Origin: Alphaproteobacteria bacterium
GTDB lineage: Bacteria > Pseudomonadota > Alphaproteobacteria > UBA828
Reading direction: 5' to 3'
Length of the DNA stretch: 64,000 nucleotides
Assembly (NCBI GenBank): GCA_965221125.1
Contig: CBDCRW010000004.1
Coordinates: 192,001 to 256,000, forward strand
Numbering within the stretch: position 1 is the first letter of the stretch; every line of letters begins with the position of its first letter. This document shows, piece by piece, positions 60,049 to 64,000 of the stretch. Under the pieces are notes generated by a model, which saw only the letters and a list, made by a program, of their open reading frames with translations, had not been told where the DNA came from and did not search any database. The position numbers and the translations under genes were made by a program.

Positions 60049-61119
60049 ATGGCCAGCAACAGCTTCGGCCTGCTCTTCCGCGTCACCACCTGGGGCGAGA
60101 GCCACGGGCCGGCCATAGGCTGCGTCGTCGATGGCGTGCCGCCGCGTATTCCGCTTGCCGAGTCCGACATCCAGCCCGCGCTCGACCGGCGCCGGCCCGG
60201 CACGTCCCGCTTCGTGACCCAGCGGCGCGAATCCGACACCGTGCGCATTCTCTCCGGCGTGTTCGAGGGCCGGACCACCGGCACGCCCATCGCGCTCGTG
60301 ATCGAGAACGAGGACGCGCGCAGCCGCGACTACGGCCCGATCAAGGACACCTATCGCCCCGGCCACGCCGACTTCACCTACGACGCGAAGTACGGCATCC
60401 GCGATTACCGGGGCGGCGGGCGGGCCAGCGCGCGGGAGACCGCGATGCGCGTGGCGGCCGGCGCCATCGCGCAGAAGATCCTGGGCGCGGGCGTGACGAT
60501 CCGGGGCGCCGTCATCCAGGTCGGCGGGATTGCCGTCGAGCGCGCACGCTGGGACTGGGCGGAGACCGCGCGCAATCCCTTCTTCTGCCCCGATGCCGAG
60601 ACGGTGCCGCAATGGGAAGACGCGCTCGATGCGGCGCGCAAGGCCGGCACCTCCTTGGGCGCCATCATCGAGGTGGAAGCCGGCGGCGTGCCGGCGGGGC
60701 TGGGCGCGCCGGTCTACGGCAAGATCGACGCCGACCTCGCCGCCGGCATGGTCGGCATCAACGCGGTCAAGGGCGTCGAGATCGGCGCCGGCTTCGCCGC
60801 CGCAGCCTTGGGCGGGGACGAGAACGGCGACGAGATCCGCATGGAAGGGGGCAAGCCGACGTTCCTCACCAACAACGCGGGCGGCGTACTCGGCGGCATC
60901 ACCACCGGCCAGCCGGTCCTGGTCCGCTTCGTGGTCAAGCCCACCAGCTCCATCCGCACGCCCCGCCGCACGATCACGCGGGACGGAACCGAGACCGAGG
61001 TCTCGACTGAAGGCCGGCACGATCCCTGCGTCGGCATCCGCGCGGTGCCGGTGGGCGAGGCGATGATGGCCTGCGTGTTCGCCGACCACCTGCTGCGCCA
61101 CCGCGCCCAGTGCGGTTGA
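60049..61119 (+). CDS. aroC: Chorismate synthase
   Basis: [40 protein letters not shown]. Confidence 0.97.
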   Translation: MASNSFGLLFRVTTWGESHGPAIGCVVDGVPPRIPLAESDIQPALDRRRPGTSRFVTQRRESDTVRILSGVFEGRTTGTPIALVIENEDARSRDYGPIKDTYRPGHADFTYDAKYGIRDYRGGGRASARETAMRVAAGAIAQKILGAGVTIRGAVIQVGGIAVERARWDWAETARNPFFCPDAETVPQWEDALDAARKAGTSLGAIIEVEAGGVPAGLGAPVYGKIDADLAAGMVGINAVKGVEIGAGFAAAALGGDENGDEIRMEGGKPTFLTNNAGGVLGGITTGQPVLVRFVVKPTSSIRTPRRTITRDGTETEVSTEGRHDPCVGIRAVPVGEAMMACVFADHLLRHRAQCG

Positions 61120-61123
61120 GAAA

Positions 61124-61234
61124 TTTGTCGCTCACGGCAGCCGGCTTGCAGCCGGCGCCTCCGCGAGGGCGCCGCATTCGCGGCGGGCCGCTGTCGCGGC
61201 CTGTCGCGAGCCCGCCCAAGACGGGCTCGCTCTA
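61124..61234 (-). repeat. Dispersed multi-hairpin intergenic element, copy 3 (inverted, lacks terminal palindrome)
   Basis: Reverse complement reads tagagcgagcccgtcttgggcgggctcgcgacaggccgcgacagcggcccgccgcgaatgcggcgccctcgcggaggcgccggctgcaagccggctgccgtgagcgacaaa. Confidence 0.88.
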
Positions 61235-61271
61235 AGCTACCGCACGCAAATCATCGCCAGGGGAGAGAGCC

Positions 61272-61862
61272 ATGCCGGCCAAGCGAGCGCCGCGCAAAGC
61301 GGATCGCGTCCACGCGCTGCGCCTTCCGGATCAGCGCAGCAACACGCCCGAGATCCGCGCCGTCTTCGCGCGCTGCCTGGAGAAGATCGGCTTCGTGCCG
61401 AACGTGCTCCGCTCCTACACGCTCCGGCCCCGCAAGTTCGAGCTGTTCCGCACGTACAACAACGAGCTGATGCTGGGCGACTCCGGCCTCTCCCCCCTGG
61501 AGCGGGAGATGATCGCCGTCGTCGTCTCCTGCGTGAACCACTGCCACTACTGCCTGGTGGCCCACGGCGCGCAGGTGCGCGTCCTCGCAGGCGACCCGGT
61601 GCTCGGCGACCAGCTCGTCGCGAACTACCGCGCGGCGCCGCTCTCGAAGCGCCAGCGCGCGATGCTGGATTTCACCTGGAAGCTCAGCGAGAGCCCGGAT
61701 TCCGTGGGCGATCCCGACCGCGCGGCGCTCAGGAAGGCCGGCTTCGGCGACGAGGACATCTTCGACATCGCCGAGGTCGCGGGCTTCTACAACATGACCA
61801 ACCGGCTCGCCGCCGCCATCGACATGCGCCCCAACCGCGAATACTACGGCATGGGGCGCTGA
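61272..61862 (+). CDS. AhpD/CMD family peroxidase-related enzyme
   Basis: EKIGFVPNV, EREMIAVVVSCVNHCHYCLVAHG, YNMTNRLA. Confidence 0.9.
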   Translation: MPAKRAPRKADRVHALRLPDQRSNTPEIRAVFARCLEKIGFVPNVLRSYTLRPRKFELFRTYNNELMLGDSGLSPLEREMIAVVVSCVNHCHYCLVAHGAQVRVLAGDPVLGDQLVANYRAAPLSKRQRAMLDFTWKLSESPDSVGDPDRAALRKAGFGDEDIFDIAEVAGFYNMTNRLAAAIDMRPNREYYGMGR

Positions 61863-61926
61863 GGGATGCAAAGGGCCAGCCCCGGTGACGGGACAGGCCC
61901 CCTAGCTTCTCGGCATTTGTTTCCAA

Positions 61927-62829
61927 TTAGGGGTGTGCGACGGCGGCCTCTTCACGCTGCCGGCGGTGGGCGGCGCGCATCGCCTTCTGCAGCTTCTTGA
62001 AGGCGCGCTCCTCGATCTGGCGGATGCGCTCGCGCGAGACGCCGTAGACCTTGCTCAGCTCCTCCAGGGTGGACGGCTCCTCCTTCAGGCGCCGCTCGGC
62101 CAGGATGTGCTGCTCGCGCTCGGTGAGCACCTCGAGCGATTCGGTGAAGAGCTGCCTGCGGTGGTCGAGCTCGTTGGCCTCGAGGATGTCCGTCTCGTGG
62201 CTCTCTCCGGGGTCTTCCAGCCAGTCCTGCCACTCGCCGCCGCCTTCCTCGCGGACGGGCGCGTTGAGCGACTGGTCGGGGCCGAGCATCCGCCGGTTCA
62301 TGGAGACCACGTCGGCGGCAGGCACATTGAGCGCGGTCGCGATGTGCTCCACCTGCTCCGGCGTCAGATCGCCGTCGTCGATGGCTTCGATCTCGCCTTT
62401 CAGCTTGCGCAGGTTGAAGAAGAGCTTCTTCTGCGCCGCCGTGGTGCCCATCTTCACCAGCGACCAGGAGTGCAGGATGTATTCCTGGATCGAGGCGCGG
62501 ATCCACCACATGGCGTAGGTCGCAAGGCGGAAGCCGCGATCCGGATCGAAGCGCTTGACCGCCTGCATGAGCCCGACGTTGCCCTCGGAGATCAGCTCGC
62601 CCACCGGCAGCCCGTAGCCGCGATAGCCCATCGCGATCTTGGCCACCAGGCGCAGGTGGCTGGTCACGAGCTGGTGCGCCGCCTCGGCATCGTCGTGCTC
62701 GCGCCAGCGCTTGGCCAGCATGAACTCCTCTTCGGGCGAGAGGAGCGGAAACTGCCGAATCTCGCGGAGATAGCGGGAGACGCCGCTCCCCTCCATGGTC
62801 GCCGGCATCGGGACGGTGCGCGATGTCAT
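61927..62829 (-). CDS. rpoH: RNA polymerase heat-shock sigma factor RpoH (sigma32)
   Basis: SHLRLVAKIA, GYGLP, RpoH box QKKLFFNLRK, VSRERIRQIE; downstream of rluD. Confidence 0.96.
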   Translation of the reverse strand: MTSRTVPMPATMEGSGVSRYLREIRQFPLLSPEEEFMLAKRWREHDDAEAAHQLVTSHLRLVAKIAMGYRGYGLPVGELISEGNVGLMQAVKRFDPDRGFRLATYAMWWIRASIQEYILHSWSLVKMGTTAAQKKLFFNLRKLKGEIEAIDDGDLTPEQVEHIATALNVPAADVVSMNRRMLGPDQSLNAPVREEGGGEWQDWLEDPGESHETDILEANELDHRRQLFTESLEVLTEREQHILAERRLKEEPSTLEELSKVYGVSRERIRQIEERAFKKLQKAMRAAHRRQREEAAVAHP

Positions 62830-62918
62830 CGTTCCATCCCCCTTTCCACAGGAGCCCCTCCGATCCTCCGCAGGTGCCGCCCCAGGCTCTTCGGCCGGTC
62901 CTGCGCATGCACAATAGG

Positions 62919-62947
62919 AATTGGCGCCCAAAAGCGGCGTTTTCAAG
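62919..62947 (-). promoter_or_regulatory. Putative sigma32-type promoter of rpoH
   Basis: Minus strand CTTGAA-N17-CCAATT. Confidence 0.45.
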
Positions 62948-63005
62948 GCAAAATCATGCCCGTCACGTAAGTGTTATAGGCGCGTTATACAATACTTATA
63001 GCAGT

Positions 63006-63989
63006 TTAGTGCTCATCTATGTCATCGCCGGACAGTGCCGCGATCAGCGCCTTCATGTCCGCCGGAAGCGGGCTCTCGAACGCGAGCTCTGCGCCGCTCA
63101 CCGGGTGAACGAACGCGAGCGCGACCGCATGCAGCGCCTGGCGCGGGCAGAGCGCAAGCGCGGCACGCAGGCTCTCGTCGAGGCTCCGCCGGCGCGCGCC
63201 GCCGTAGAGTGTATCGCAGAGCAGCGGGTGGCCTGCGTGCGCCATGTGGACCCTGATCTGGTGGGTGCGCCCGGTCTCCAGCCGGCACTCGACGAGGCTC
63301 CAGCGCGCGTCTGCCGATTGCAGCACGCGATAGCGCGTGACGGCCGGCTTGCCGCCGCTCCTCCGCACGGCCATGCGCTTGCGGTTGCGGGGGTCGCGTC
63401 CGATGGCGCCTTCGATCCGCCCTTGGCCGGGCCTGGGCACGCCCCAGACGACGGCGCTGTAGGTCCGGCCGAGCCGCCGCGTCGCGAACTGGGCGGAAAG
63501 CCCGTGGTGCGCGGCGTCGTGTTTGGCCGCGACCATGAGGCCGCTCGTGTCCTTGTCGAGGCGGTGGACGATGCCGGGCCGCCGCACGCCGCCGATGCCC
63601 GAGAGGCTGGCGCCACAGTGGGCGAGCAGCGCATTCACCAGCGTGCGGTCGGGGTTGCCCGGCGCCGGGTGGACCACCAGGCCCGCCGGCTTGTCCACCA
63701 CGATCAGGTCATCGTCCTCGTAGGCCACCTGGAGCGGAATGGCTTGGGCGCGCGGCGTCACGTCCACCGGCGGCGGAATGACGAGGGTCACGGCTTGCCC
63801 CGGTTTGACCCGATATCCCGGCTCCGTTATCGTCTCGCCCGCGATCGAGACCCGGCCGGTCTCGATCAAGTTTTTGAGCCGCGAGCGTGACAGCGCCGGC
63901 ACGTGGTCTGCCAGGATCCGGTCCAGCCGCGCGCGAGCCTCCGCCCGAGCGACGGTGAACCGGCGGCGCGTATCAGTGGCGGTGCTCAT
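63006..63989 (-). CDS. rluD: 23S rRNA pseudouridine synthase RluD
   Basis: S4 domain (RLDRIL...LSRSR), KPAGLVVHP, GIVHRLDKDTSG, TGRTHQIRVH, RQALHA. Confidence 0.93.
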   Translation of the reverse strand: MSTATDTRRRFTVARAEARARLDRILADHVPALSRSRLKNLIETGRVSIAGETITEPGYRVKPGQAVTLVIPPPVDVTPRAQAIPLQVAYEDDDLIVVDKPAGLVVHPAPGNPDRTLVNALLAHCGASLSGIGGVRRPGIVHRLDKDTSGLMVAAKHDAAHHGLSAQFATRRLGRTYSAVVWGVPRPGQGRIEGAIGRDPRNRKRMAVRRSGGKPAVTRYRVLQSADARWSLVECRLETGRTHQIRVHMAHAGHPLLCDTLYGGARRRSLDESLRAALALCPRQALHAVALAFVHPVSGAELAFESPLPADMKALIAALSGDDIDEH

Positions 63990-64000
63990 ATCCGGTACGG

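Overview
GC-rich (roughly 70% by eye) alphaproteobacterial chromosome segment, probably Rhodospirillales-like, judged from phoR-pstCAB-phoU-phoB, mutS, fabI-aroC and rluD-rpoH synteny. About 55 CDS. The left part holds ABC importers (two sugar-type, one Dpp/Opp-type) and an amidase/creatininase/ketopantoate-reductase-like/SDR/M20-peptidase catabolic cluster. A cargo-free mobile island follows (about 19.5-24.5 kb): a complete IS256 element with an 8-bp target duplication, two intact tandem paralogous tyrosine integrases and a decayed third one. Next come the Pho/Pst operon, mutS, a CoxMSL-like molybdo-hydroxylase, an AT-richer K+ channel gene, two hydantoinase/oxoprolinase A/B pairs, an LLM oxidoreductase, one intact and one decayed PIN toxin-antitoxin module, arsR-arsP and housekeeping genes. 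The most unusual non-coding signals are (i) a three-copy dispersed intergenic element made of a chain of hairpins with compensatory base changes between copies (9729-9906, 15335-15483, 61124-61234 on the minus strand) and (ii) a 12-unit array with 10-bp periodicity (56658-56781). No rRNA, full tRNA or CRISPR array was seen. All product calls come from motif recognition by eye, not database searches.
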